From Candidatus Bathyarchaeota archaeon (GTDB lineage: Archaea; Thermoproteota; Bathyarchaeia; Bathyarchaeales; Bathycorpusculaceae): a stretch of 64,000 nucleotides of DNA. The notes under the pieces are model-generated. The model saw only the letters and a program-made list of their open reading frames with translations. It had not been told where the DNA came from and ran no database searches. Made by a program: the position numbers and the translations under genes. The stretch covers positions 256,001-320,000 of the forward strand of contig CAVYXJ010000007.1 in assembly GCA_963772455.1 (NCBI GenBank). Direction: 5' to 3'. Positions within the stretch are counted from its first letter, which is position 1, and each line of letters opens with the position of its first letter. Of this stretch, positions 48,521 to 56,921 are shown one piece after another.

Positions 48521-48674
48521 GAAGATGACAGAGATTCATTTCTACGAGACGTAAGATTTGCTCTATTTTTGGTGTTAAGCTGAATTTTGTTTAATATTTT
48601 TCTTTATTGGCGAAATATAAACCGCAAGCATTTTATTTACTATCGCATGTTGTTTGTGGGAAGAACAAAAAAAT

Positions 48675-48751
48675 GCCTTCGTAGCCTAGTCCGGTGGGGC
48701 GTTACCTTGGTAAGGTAATGGTCGCGGGTCCAAATCCCGCCGAAGGCTCCA
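48675..48751 (+). tRNA. tRNA-Thr(GGT), CCA encoded
   Basis: Acceptor GCCTTCG/CGAAGGC; anticodon arm TTACC-TTGGTAA-GGTAA; T-loop TCCAAAT. Confidence 0.92.
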
Positions 48752-48769
48752 ATTTACAAAATTAAACTT

Positions 48770-48994
48770 TTAGTAACCGATTAGCTCAAGAAAATCTTCT
48801 CGTGTTAGTCCTGCTTGTTGAATGATTGAGAGAAGCGTGCCTTTTTTAATGGGGTCATGTCTTGGAACGGTGAGTTTGTGTTTTCCATCCGTTAAGAAAA
48901 TGTGGCTTCCTCTTTGACTCACGACTTTGAACTCTTTCTTGGCGAGAGCCTTGACGATTTTTTGCCAAGAGATAGAAGGAAGTTTCTCAGACAG
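48770..48994 (-). CDS. hicA: HicA-family toxin (not in the ORF track; apparent CTG start)
   Basis: SEKLPSISWQKIVKALAKKEF..SQRGSHIFL...TVPRHDPIKKGTLLSIIQQAGLT. Confidence 0.85.
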   Translation of the reverse strand: MSEKLPSISWQKIVKALAKKEFKVVSQRGSHIFLTDGKHKLTVPRHDPIKKGTLLSIIQQAGLTREDFLELIGY

Positions 48995-49211
48995 TTATTT
49001 CCACAAGCTCTTTCTTTCGTTTAAGCTGGTCAACTTCTTCAGGGAAAGCTTCTAAGTAACCTTCGATTGCGTCTTTAATGTTGACGAGAGCCTCTTTGCG
49101 GTTTTCCCCTTCGCTTATTGCTCCTGGAAGTTCAAGGCACTGAGCTGAGTATCCTCCTTCGGGTTCCTCTCGGAGGATAACTGTGAATTTTTCTCCCTTG
49201 ATTTTAACCAT
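48987..49211 (-). CDS. hicB: HicB-family antitoxin
   Basis: EEPEGGYSAQCLELPGAISEGE..EAL.NI.DAI..YL. Confidence 0.9.
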   Translation of the reverse strand: MVKIKGEKFTVILREEPEGGYSAQCLELPGAISEGENRKEALVNIKDAIEGYLEAFPEEVDQLKRKKELVEITV

Positions 49212-49316
49212 TAACTGTCACTCACAATACAGAGCCTTGTTTTGACCATATAAACTTTGATATAAATAATTTTATTACAAAAGCAATGAGGGGTAATGGT
49301 AGGTTAATGGCTTTAA

Positions 49317-49338
49317 TCCAAATCTCGCCGAAGGTTCC
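49317..49338 (+). repeat. Degenerate copy of the tRNA-Thr 3' end (att-like site)
   Basis: TCCAAATCTCGCCGAAGGTTCC vs TCCAAATCCCGCCGAAGGCTCC at 48729-48750 (20/22). Confidence 0.8.
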
Positions 49339-49382
49339 TTTTCTAATAATGCATATGTATGCATATGCACATAGAATTCGAC

Positions 49383-49559
49383 ATGACAAAAGTAATCTCG
49401 CTCTCCGAAAAAGCCTATGAAACCCTAAAAGGGATGAAGAAACCAGGAGAATCCTTCTCAGACGTTGTTTTGAGGGTTGCACAACCAAGGAAAAAGAAGT
49501 CACTACTGGAATTTTCAGGCAAATGGCATGGCGATGATATTGACGAAGTATTTGCTTAG
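49383..49559 (+). CDS. VapB-like antitoxin (DUF217 family), probably truncated, with no toxin partner
   Basis: MTKVISLSEKAYETLKGMKKPGESFSDVVLR...LLEFSGKW. Confidence 0.7.
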   Translation: MTKVISLSEKAYETLKGMKKPGESFSDVVLRVAQPRKKKSLLEFSGKWHGDDIDEVFA

Positions 49560-49889
49560 GCAGAGCCAGGTAGTAAAGCCGTTGGGCGTTACTGGGTAAA
49601 GTAATGATTACTGCCCGACAAAGGCACCAATTTTTATTTAGCGCCGATTTAATTCTTTAAGTAAAAATTTGGCCTTCAGAGACCGTATTTAATAGCTCAT
49701 TAGTAAAAAATTAGTCAGTTATACTGCTCAGTAGAATCCAACATTTAGTCCTTTTCAATAGCTTAAATTATGAAAGTTGCGAGACAGTTTTGGAATAACC
49801 TTCTTATTCTTTGATTGTAAGTATTTGAACGAGGGGAAAACGCGATTAACTTCTCGTTTATCAAACGCGAGGTCATAATTTTAGCCATT

Positions 49890-51104
49890 GTGCTTGCTGT
49901 CGCTTTTATAGTTAGGGTTCTCCTGTTTCCCCAGCAAGGATACCCCATAGATACAAACGATTTTATCTCGTGGTTTACCACGGCAGCTAATCATGGTATA
50001 AGACCCTTCTACAATGTTGCAGGGTATTTTGATTATCCACCTTTCAACGTGTACATTTTCTGGGCATTTGGTTCTTTGGCTAATGCATTAAGCATCAGTA
50101 TGGCAAACATGATTAAGTTTGTTCCGAACCTTTTTGATTTGGCAACTGCAGGTTTGATTTATTTTTTTGTTAGAAAACAAGCAACTTTCAAAGTTGCACT
50201 TATTTCAATGGCGCTTTACGCTTTTAACCCAGCGGTAATCTACAATGCAGCTGTATGGGGTCAATTTGATGCGGTTTATACTTTTTTCCTTGTTCTCTCG
50301 CTTATGCTTGCTTTGAAATCTAAACCCGTGCCCTCTGCAGTAATCTTCGCGTTGGGACTTCTAACCAAGCCTCAAGGTATAGCGTTGCTTCCTTTGATTG
50401 TCCTATTGATTTATAAAAAAAATGGTTGGAAACAACTATTATATTCCGTTGGGGCGTTTACCGCAACGATTTTTTTGGTTGTGCTGCCCTTCGAAGGCAT
50501 TGGTAATCCAATTACATTCTTAATCAAAAATTACTCAACTGGCTATCTTTACTATAACGTGACCTCAGTTAACGCTTTCAACCTATGGGGAATGTTTGGC
50601 TTGTGGGTAAATGATGGTTACCTCTTTTATGTAGGGTGGGCATTGTTTGGTTCTGTAGCGGCTTTTACACTATATATGGTCCATAAACGACTTAAAGTCT
50701 CAGGAGATATTATTGCAATTTTTGCTGCTTTTATTTTGCTTTTCGCGTTCTTCATGTTACCTACAAGAATTCATGAACGGTACATGTTTCCAGCCATAAG
50801 TGTTTTGGCCCTAATGTTTCCACTTCTTAAAAAAGCACGAGTGTTCTATGTAGTTTTGACAGCGACATTTCTAGTAAACCAAGCTTACATTCTTTATTGG
50901 CTCAATATTTCCTATCCCAATGCTGCCCCCAATTTAACTGGGGACCCAGTGGTTTTAGCGATAAGCATTATTAATTTAATAATGTTACTTTATGCCTCAG
51001 TGCTCATGTGGGATGAGCTTAAAGGAATAAACTGGCTCAAAAAAGACCAACCAGCGTTAAACAAATCTCAAGAGGGAGAGAAGTCCAAATTAACATCGAA
51101 TTAA
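49890..51104 (+). CDS. GT-C fold membrane glycosyltransferase (true start may be 49845)
   Basis: DYPP, FNPA, WGQFD, KPQ, SVNAFNLW, HERY. Confidence 0.82.
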   Translation: MLAVAFIVRVLLFPQQGYPIDTNDFISWFTTAANHGIRPFYNVAGYFDYPPFNVYIFWAFGSLANALSISMANMIKFVPNLFDLATAGLIYFFVRKQATFKVALISMALYAFNPAVIYNAAVWGQFDAVYTFFLVLSLMLALKSKPVPSAVIFALGLLTKPQGIALLPLIVLLIYKKNGWKQLLYSVGAFTATIFLVVLPFEGIGNPITFLIKNYSTGYLYYNVTSVNAFNLWGMFGLWVNDGYLFYVGWALFGSVAAFTLYMVHKRLKVSGDIIAIFAAFILLFAFFMLPTRIHERYMFPAISVLALMFPLLKKARVFYVVLTATFLVNQAYILYWLNISYPNAAPNLTGDPVVLAISIINLIMLLYASVLMWDELKGINWLKKDQPALNKSQEGEKSKLTSN

Positions 51105-51136
51105 AAATAACCAAAAAAGACATTATAACAATCGTT

Positions 51137-52951
51137 TTGCTATCAATAATCTTTTTTGGAATAGCTTCTTGGAATTTGGGTACATTTAATGCCCCAGTGA
51201 CGAATTGGGAAAGCACTCAACAGACAAATTTCTATGTGGACTTGGGTTCAAACCAATATGTTGAAAACGTATATTTTTGGGTTAGAAGCGGAAACGCTTC
51301 AGCCTCAGTTTATTCCGGAGTTCCAGGAAACTGGACCTATCAGGGGCAATTCTCAAATGGATTGCAACCCAGAGGAACAGACTACTCAGTCTACCAAAAA
51401 ATAGGCTTAGGTATAAACACCCAATTTCTAGAATTCAACGTTACAGCAGTCAACTATGACTCCCAACCAATGTTTGCCAATTGGGGCATAACAAACCCAT
51501 CAGACCAACCAATCGCACCCTATATTCAAATTACAGAAATAGGAGTAGAAAACCAAACTAACCAACAAATTTCCATTCTTGAAATTACAGCCCTAAACTC
51601 AACCGACCCAACTCTAAGTAACCTCGTCGATGAGCAAAGCAAACTCCAGATTCCGCCAACTTTTATGTCCAAAATGTACTTTGACGAAGTCTACTTTGCA
51701 CGCTCAGCCGAAAACTATGCCAACCATATGATACCCAACGAAAGAACCCATCCACCAATTGGGAAAATTATTCAAGCCATAGGAGTGGCAGTTTTTGGTG
51801 AAACACCATTTGGTTGGCGAATAATTGGAGTAGTATTCGCCACTTTGATGATTCCATTGATGTATCTTTTAGGTAAGAAGTTATTCGGCACATGGATCGG
51901 CGGGTTTTCATCAGCATTCCTTTTAGCGTTTGACTTTATGCATTTCACAATGGCGAGAATAGGCACCGCGGATACGTATGTAGTGTTCTTCTCTTTGTTG
52001 TCACAGTTATTCTTCCTGATTTACTTCATGAATGTAGTTAAGAGCGGGTGGAAAACCTCTGTCTTGCCGCTTTTCTTTGCAGTACTCTTCTTTGCATTAG
52101 GATTCTCAACAAAGTGGTTTACAATCTTTGGGGCTTTAGGGATGCTTGTGTTGCTTGTGACAGTCAGATTCAAAGATTTAGCCAAGCTTAAGGCAAGTTT
52201 AGCTGAAAAATATTTGGCTTTTTTTAACCATCCAGCCCTTATACTATTGGGCTTTGCAGGCATAGCCGTCTTGGTCTACTTTGCAACATATATTCCAGAA
52301 ATGCTGGGGGGCGACTCTTTCCTAACTATTATAAAGTTGCAGTCAGCGATGCTTAATTTCCATTCAGGCAGTGTTGTTGATACTTCGTCAGCCCCTTGGT
52401 GGTCTTGGCCCTTCATGTTTAGACTAGACGGACTAAATGTTCCAAGATGGTTTGACATATCTTACCTCCCAAACAATGTAGTATCAACAATCTCTGTTTT
52501 CGGAAACCCAATGGTTTGGTGGATTGGCTTTGTCTCGATACTGATCCTAACAGAGAGAGCACTTCATGGACGACAGTTAGTGAAAAACTTTTACAGTCGA
52601 ATATCAAAATCACCTTTAAATGAACGCATAAGTATACGCGGGCAAGGTTGGGATTTACCTGCGATATACATTGTCGTGATTTTCTTTTTCACGTGGCTTC
52701 CTTACGTTTTCATAGGCCGAGCAACCTACATCTACCACTTTTACCTTAGCGTACCCCTACTTTGCTTATCAACAACATACTTCATCAATAAGTACTGGAA
52801 TACACCCAAAGGAAAGATTGCTGCAATAGCTATATTTGCAAGCGCAATAGCAATGTTTGTGCTCTTTTATCCAGTAATTTCAGGTGCTCCTGCTACAACA
52901 GAATCGATTAAAAACTTGAAATGGTTCCATAGTTGGGGCTTCTTAGGATGA
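51137..52951 (+). CDS. Protein O-mannosyltransferase-like (GT39/PMT) glycosyltransferase (true start may be 51089)
   Basis: YFDEVY, THPPIGK, FGWR, MARIG, KW, WWSWP, GNP, YIYHF. Confidence 0.85.
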   Translation: MLSIIFFGIASWNLGTFNAPVTNWESTQQTNFYVDLGSNQYVENVYFWVRSGNASASVYSGVPGNWTYQGQFSNGLQPRGTDYSVYQKIGLGINTQFLEFNVTAVNYDSQPMFANWGITNPSDQPIAPYIQITEIGVENQTNQQISILEITALNSTDPTLSNLVDEQSKLQIPPTFMSKMYFDEVYFARSAENYANHMIPNERTHPPIGKIIQAIGVAVFGETPFGWRIIGVVFATLMIPLMYLLGKKLFGTWIGGFSSAFLLAFDFMHFTMARIGTADTYVVFFSLLSQLFFLIYFMNVVKSGWKTSVLPLFFAVLFFALGFSTKWFTIFGALGMLVLLVTVRFKDLAKLKASLAEKYLAFFNHPALILLGFAGIAVLVYFATYIPEMLGGDSFLTIIKLQSAMLNFHSGSVVDTSSAPWWSWPFMFRLDGLNVPRWFDISYLPNNVVSTISVFGNPMVWWIGFVSILILTERALHGRQLVKNFYSRISKSPLNERISIRGQGWDLPAIYIVVIFFFTWLPYVFIGRATYIYHFYLSVPLLCLSTTYFINKYWNTPKGKIAAIAIFASAIAMFVLFYPVISGAPATTESIKNLKWFHSWGFLG

Positions 52952-53688
52952 TAAAACCCAACCTAAACGGTACTGTGCAAGTTTCAGTTGTGCTTCCTGC
53001 CTATAATGAAGTCGATTACCTTCAGCTGGCAGTAGAGAAAACCATCCAAGCTCTAAATCAGTTTACACAATCCTATGAAATTATAATAGCTGAAGACGGC
53101 AGCACAGATGGAACTGCTGAACGCGCGGAAGAACTAACTCTGCAAAACCCCAAAGTACGCCACATTCATCGTGAAAAACGGTTAGGCAGAGGAACCGCAC
53201 TCAATAACGCCTTTAAGCAAAGCAACGGCGAAGTGTTGGTTTATATGGATCTGGATTTAGCCACAGATCTAAAATATCTTAAACCTCTAATTGAAACCAT
53301 TACTGTTGAAGGATATGATTTCTCAACTGGATCAAGGATGCTTCGTGAAAGCAAAGCTGAACGTACCTTCAGTAGAAGCATAAGTTCTAAAACCTATAAT
53401 TTTCTCGTCAGACACATGCTTGGCTCAAAACTTCATGATCACCAATGCGGCTTTAAAGCCTTCAAAAAAGAGCCATTAATGCTGATAATAGACAAGGTTG
53501 AAGCGACGCATTGGTTTTGGGACACGGAATTATTGGTGAGAGCCCAAAGAACAGGTTATAAAGTTAAAGAAATCGGTGTTGAATGGAAAAGCGGCAAAGC
53601 CACCAAAGTCAACCTCTTCAAGGATTCGTGGAGCATGTTTCGACAAATAATGGGGCTCTGGTACAACTTAAAAATAAAGAAAAAATAA
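52948..53688 (+). CDS. GT2 dolichol-phosphate glycosyltransferase
   Basis: VLPAYNE, EDGSTDGT, DLD, GSR, DHQCGFKAF, WFWDTE; ATGA overlap. Confidence 0.9.
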   Translation: MIKPNLNGTVQVSVVLPAYNEVDYLQLAVEKTIQALNQFTQSYEIIIAEDGSTDGTAERAEELTLQNPKVRHIHREKRLGRGTALNNAFKQSNGEVLVYMDLDLATDLKYLKPLIETITVEGYDFSTGSRMLRESKAERTFSRSISSKTYNFLVRHMLGSKLHDHQCGFKAFKKEPLMLIIDKVEATHWFWDTELLVRAQRTGYKVKEIGVEWKSGKATKVNLFKDSWSMFRQIMGLWYNLKIKKK

Positions 53689-53690
53689 AG

Positions 53691-54206
53691 TTACTTTTTA
53701 GCTAAAATAACAATCGCCCTAGCAATTAGGGCTATTCCAAATATGAGAATCATTCCTGCCCAGAAAACAAACCATTCACTGGGAATGGTCATGTTTACTA
53801 GATACGCTATGATAAGGTAGCTTGCACCAAACCAGAAAACAATGTTTTCAATAGTTTCAGCTATACGTATAACGGATGAACGCAAAAGAACTCTTAACGC
53901 TAAAATAATTATCTCCAATACGCCAAGGGCTATACTAAACTGAAAAGCTGCAACGTAGAGATTTCCGAAGTCTGCTGGGGTTGAAGGCGCAGGCAAAGAG
54001 ATACCAGTAGTAGGAACAGGAGCAAGCGTTAGGGTAGTGAAAAAGGTAACCAAACTATCCCACAGGTTGTCAGTCAAATGAATAAAATAAACCAACGCTA
54101 AGATAATGAAAAGGGCACCAATATAGATGGCAGTGAACAAACTTTCTTTTTTCTTATCAGAAAGCGATTGAAGATTTAAAGAGGGCATTAAACTATTTTT
54201 CCCCAT
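53691..54206 (-). CDS. Hypothetical four-TM membrane protein
   Basis: Hydrophobic helices. Confidence 0.65.
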   Translation of the reverse strand: MGKNSLMPSLNLQSLSDKKKESLFTAIYIGALFIILALVYFIHLTDNLWDSLVTFFTTLTLAPVPTTGISLPAPSTPADFGNLYVAAFQFSIALGVLEIIILALRVLLRSSVIRIAETIENIVFWFGASYLIIAYLVNMTIPSEWFVFWAGMILIFGIALIARAIVILAKK

Positions 54207-54306
54207 CCGAGAATACTGTATTTAGCACATATATCTTTCTCTAAATGAGAGTATGTGAACATTTTAAATAGTCAAAGCAGATAAAATAACTATAGGATGA
54301 GAACTT

Positions 54307-54726
54307 ATGTCGTATTGTCCAAAATGTGGCAATAAAGTTGACGAAACAATGATTTTCTGCCCACACTGTGGGGCATCATTAAAAGGTACTTCACCAGGAC
54401 AACCTATGCCTTCTTCCCAGCCTTATCCAAGACGGAATGAGAAATCTGAGAAGAATGAAAAAAATGAGAAACAAGAGAAGAATAATCGTCAAGAAAAAGG
54501 ACAAAACCAAGAGAAAGGCGAAACTGGCTTTATTGGCTACTTAATTGGAGGACTCATACTAATTACTCTGGGTCTTTTCTCTGTTCTGCAGTTAAGCAAT
54601 TATTTCCAAGCGAATTCAGGACAAAGCTGGGCAATAATGCTGCTAATCATCGGTGTAATTATCATAATTGGCGCCATCTATGTTGCTATGACTGCACGAA
54701 AACGTTCTCCACCTCCGCCACCTTAG
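54307..54726 (+). CDS. Zinc-ribbon membrane protein with an EK-repeat linker
   Basis: YCPKCG..FCPHCG, (N/Q)EK repeats, two TMs. Confidence 0.8.
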   Translation: MSYCPKCGNKVDETMIFCPHCGASLKGTSPGQPMPSSQPYPRRNEKSEKNEKNEKQEKNNRQEKGQNQEKGETGFIGYLIGGLILITLGLFSVLQLSNYFQANSGQSWAIMLLIIGVIIIIGAIYVAMTARKRSPPPPP

Positions 54727-55862
54727 ATAATCCAGCTCAAAAACATTCGATATAACCTGTGCTCCAAAAGCGTTGACATATTCTTTCTTCCGAAGACTCG
54801 ATAATAGTTTTTTCCTGCTGCCTCAATTAAATCGCCAATTTCATAACGTGGAAACATACAAGAAGAAAGAATTAAACTGCCCCATTCACCACGTTTGAGG
54901 TCATGCAACATTTTCACCCCTTTCCCCGTGGCTACTTCGAAAAAGTAAGAATCATAGTTTGGGGTAAAGTATGGTAAATCGTCAAGTTGCTGCCCAAATA
55001 CTCCTTCGGTTGCCGTATACATTTCCACAATTGGCACATCACCGAAATAACTTTTGAGAATTGGCCCGTACTTGAAATGGATTTTGGGAACACTTGTGCA
55101 GAATATTGCTTGGGTTTTCCAGATATCAACAGGTTTTTTTCCATACTTACGTTCAACAAATCTGGCGAAAGATAAAATTACAGGAGTGACGCCCATGGCT
55201 GCAGTGACGTTTTGGTTAAGTGCCATCTGATAAGCAAGTTCAAAACGTTTTTCCCAATCAGCCCTACCGACACCGCTGCCTAAAGCATCGATTTCTTCTT
55301 GTCTTGGCAAAAGACTTACCCTGTCAAACATGGGATTAAGCCTTGCGTATGTACCTGAACTGTAACCATAGGTGACTTGTTTGCCATCGACATCCATCGA
55401 GTGAACGTTCGAAGGAAAATTCAAGTTAAGTATAACACCTAAGAAAACTTGATAGTTCTTTTTCTTAACGGCATAGTTTATGAGTCCTCTTGCTCCACAA
55501 CTGTAGATCTGTTTTAGGTGAGTTTGAGTTGCAGGCAAAACTTTGGATTTTCCTGTTGAGCCGCGAGTCATAACCCATGTTTCTGGGCGTTCAGACAAAA
55601 ACACCTTGTAGCTTTGTTCTTTTACTTGTTTAAGATATTGCATGAGTCCTGAATAGTTAATTATTGGAAAATTAGCCTGATAATCCGCTATACCGGTTAC
55701 TTTGGAAGCGTTGTGGTTTGCACCATATTCAGTGGAAGCGTATTTCGCTAATAAATCAACCAGCACTTGTTCTTGCGCTTTCTGAGGATTCTCTATGGAA
55801 TCGTACCATGGCTGAATGTATGGTTGTAGAATAGTGTTAATGCTAACTTCATCAGGCAACAT
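54723..55862 (-). CDS. GH3-family acyl-adenylate/amido synthetase-like protein
   Basis: TRGSTGKSK.LP, YTATEG, RYEIGD..FGR motifs; start set at ATG 55862. Confidence 0.78.
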   Translation of the reverse strand: MLPDEVSINTILQPYIQPWYDSIENPQKAQEQVLVDLLAKYASTEYGANHNASKVTGIADYQANFPIINYSGLMQYLKQVKEQSYKVFLSERPETWVMTRGSTGKSKVLPATQTHLKQIYSCGARGLINYAVKKKNYQVFLGVILNLNFPSNVHSMDVDGKQVTYGYSSGTYARLNPMFDRVSLLPRQEEIDALGSGVGRADWEKRFELAYQMALNQNVTAAMGVTPVILSFARFVERKYGKKPVDIWKTQAIFCTSVPKIHFKYGPILKSYFGDVPIVEMYTATEGVFGQQLDDLPYFTPNYDSYFFEVATGKGVKMLHDLKRGEWGSLILSSCMFPRYEIGDLIEAAGKNYYRVFGRKNMSTLLEHRLYRMFLSWII

Positions 55863-55945
55863 AACGTTCACTAAAGAGTTGTTACGAATTTGCTTATATG
55901 CTTCACCACAAATAATTAAAAACAAAGTGTTTGGGTTGAATAATT

Positions 55946-56863
55946 ATGGCAGAAACAATTCGCATAACAGCAGAAAGAATAAAAAAACTCCAAGTTCAAG
56001 GCGCACGAAACGTCGCAATAGCGGCTGTCCAAGCCATCCAAACCCAAGCTGAACAAACAAAAGCGAAAAACAAAATCCAATTTATGAATGAACTCAAAGA
56101 AGCACAAACTATCTTGGTTGCTTCCAGAGAAACTGAACCGCTAATGCGAAATGCAATCCGCTGGATAATTATCCAAGCACAATCCGTTAACACAGAAAAA
56201 ATTGAGACCCTGAGCAAAAACGTAGTTACAAATGCCAACCAATTTCTTAAAGATTTAGAAGATTCAAAAGAACACATAGCTGAAATTGGAGCCAACCGTA
56301 TCCGCGATGGCTCAGTAGTATTTACCCATTGCCACTCATCAACTGTAACTCGCCTTCTTGCCAAAGCCAAAGCAGATGGCAAAAACTTCAAAGTCGTCTG
56401 CACCGAGACACGTCCGGCTTATCAAGGAAGAATAACCGCAAAAGAACTCGTGGGTTTGGGAATTGAAACCACATTTATTGTTGATTCGGCAGCGCGTTCA
56501 TTTATTGGAAATGTTGATGTGGTAATTGTTGGGGCAGACGCCATTACCTCCGAGGGCAATGTTGTTAACAAGATTGGATCAAGCACCATCGCTCTTTTAG
56601 CGCATGAAGCCAGAGTGCCCTTCTATGTAGTTTCGGAACTGCTAAAATTCGACCCAGAAACACTCAAAGGCGAATGCGAAAAAATTGAACAACGCAACCC
56701 CGCTGAAGTCTGGAGCGAAGCACCTCAAAAGCTAATTGTACAAAACCCAGCCTTCGACGTTACCCCAAACCGCTACATACATGGCTTAATCTGCGAAGAC
56801 GGCATAATCGCACCCCAAACAATAGTTGAAGTAATACGCCGAAAATACCCATGGGTTTTCTAA
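55946..56863 (+). CDS. Ribose-1,5-bisphosphate isomerase (eIF2B-like)
   Basis: VQGA, THCHSSTV, ETRP, VGADAI, NKIGS, NPAFDVTP; adjacent to RuBisCO. Confidence 0.9.
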   Translation: MAETIRITAERIKKLQVQGARNVAIAAVQAIQTQAEQTKAKNKIQFMNELKEAQTILVASRETEPLMRNAIRWIIIQAQSVNTEKIETLSKNVVTNANQFLKDLEDSKEHIAEIGANRIRDGSVVFTHCHSSTVTRLLAKAKADGKNFKVVCTETRPAYQGRITAKELVGLGIETTFIVDSAARSFIGNVDVVIVGADAITSEGNVVNKIGSSTIALLAHEARVPFYVVSELLKFDPETLKGECEKIEQRNPAEVWSEAPQKLIVQNPAFDVTPNRYIHGLICEDGIIAPQTIVEVIRRKYPWVF

Positions 56864-56921
56864 AGACGTTCGTTAGAAAATAAAGAATGGAAGTAGCTGC
56901 GAGTACTTGATTTTTTGAGTT

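Noticed and set aside
48304-48583. ORFs between the two tRNAs
   Set aside because: Low-complexity products of GT-rich sequence with no homology cues.
54436-54520. GAGAA(A/G) repeats as a DNA repeat element
   Set aside because: They simply encode the EK-rich linker of the zinc-ribbon protein.
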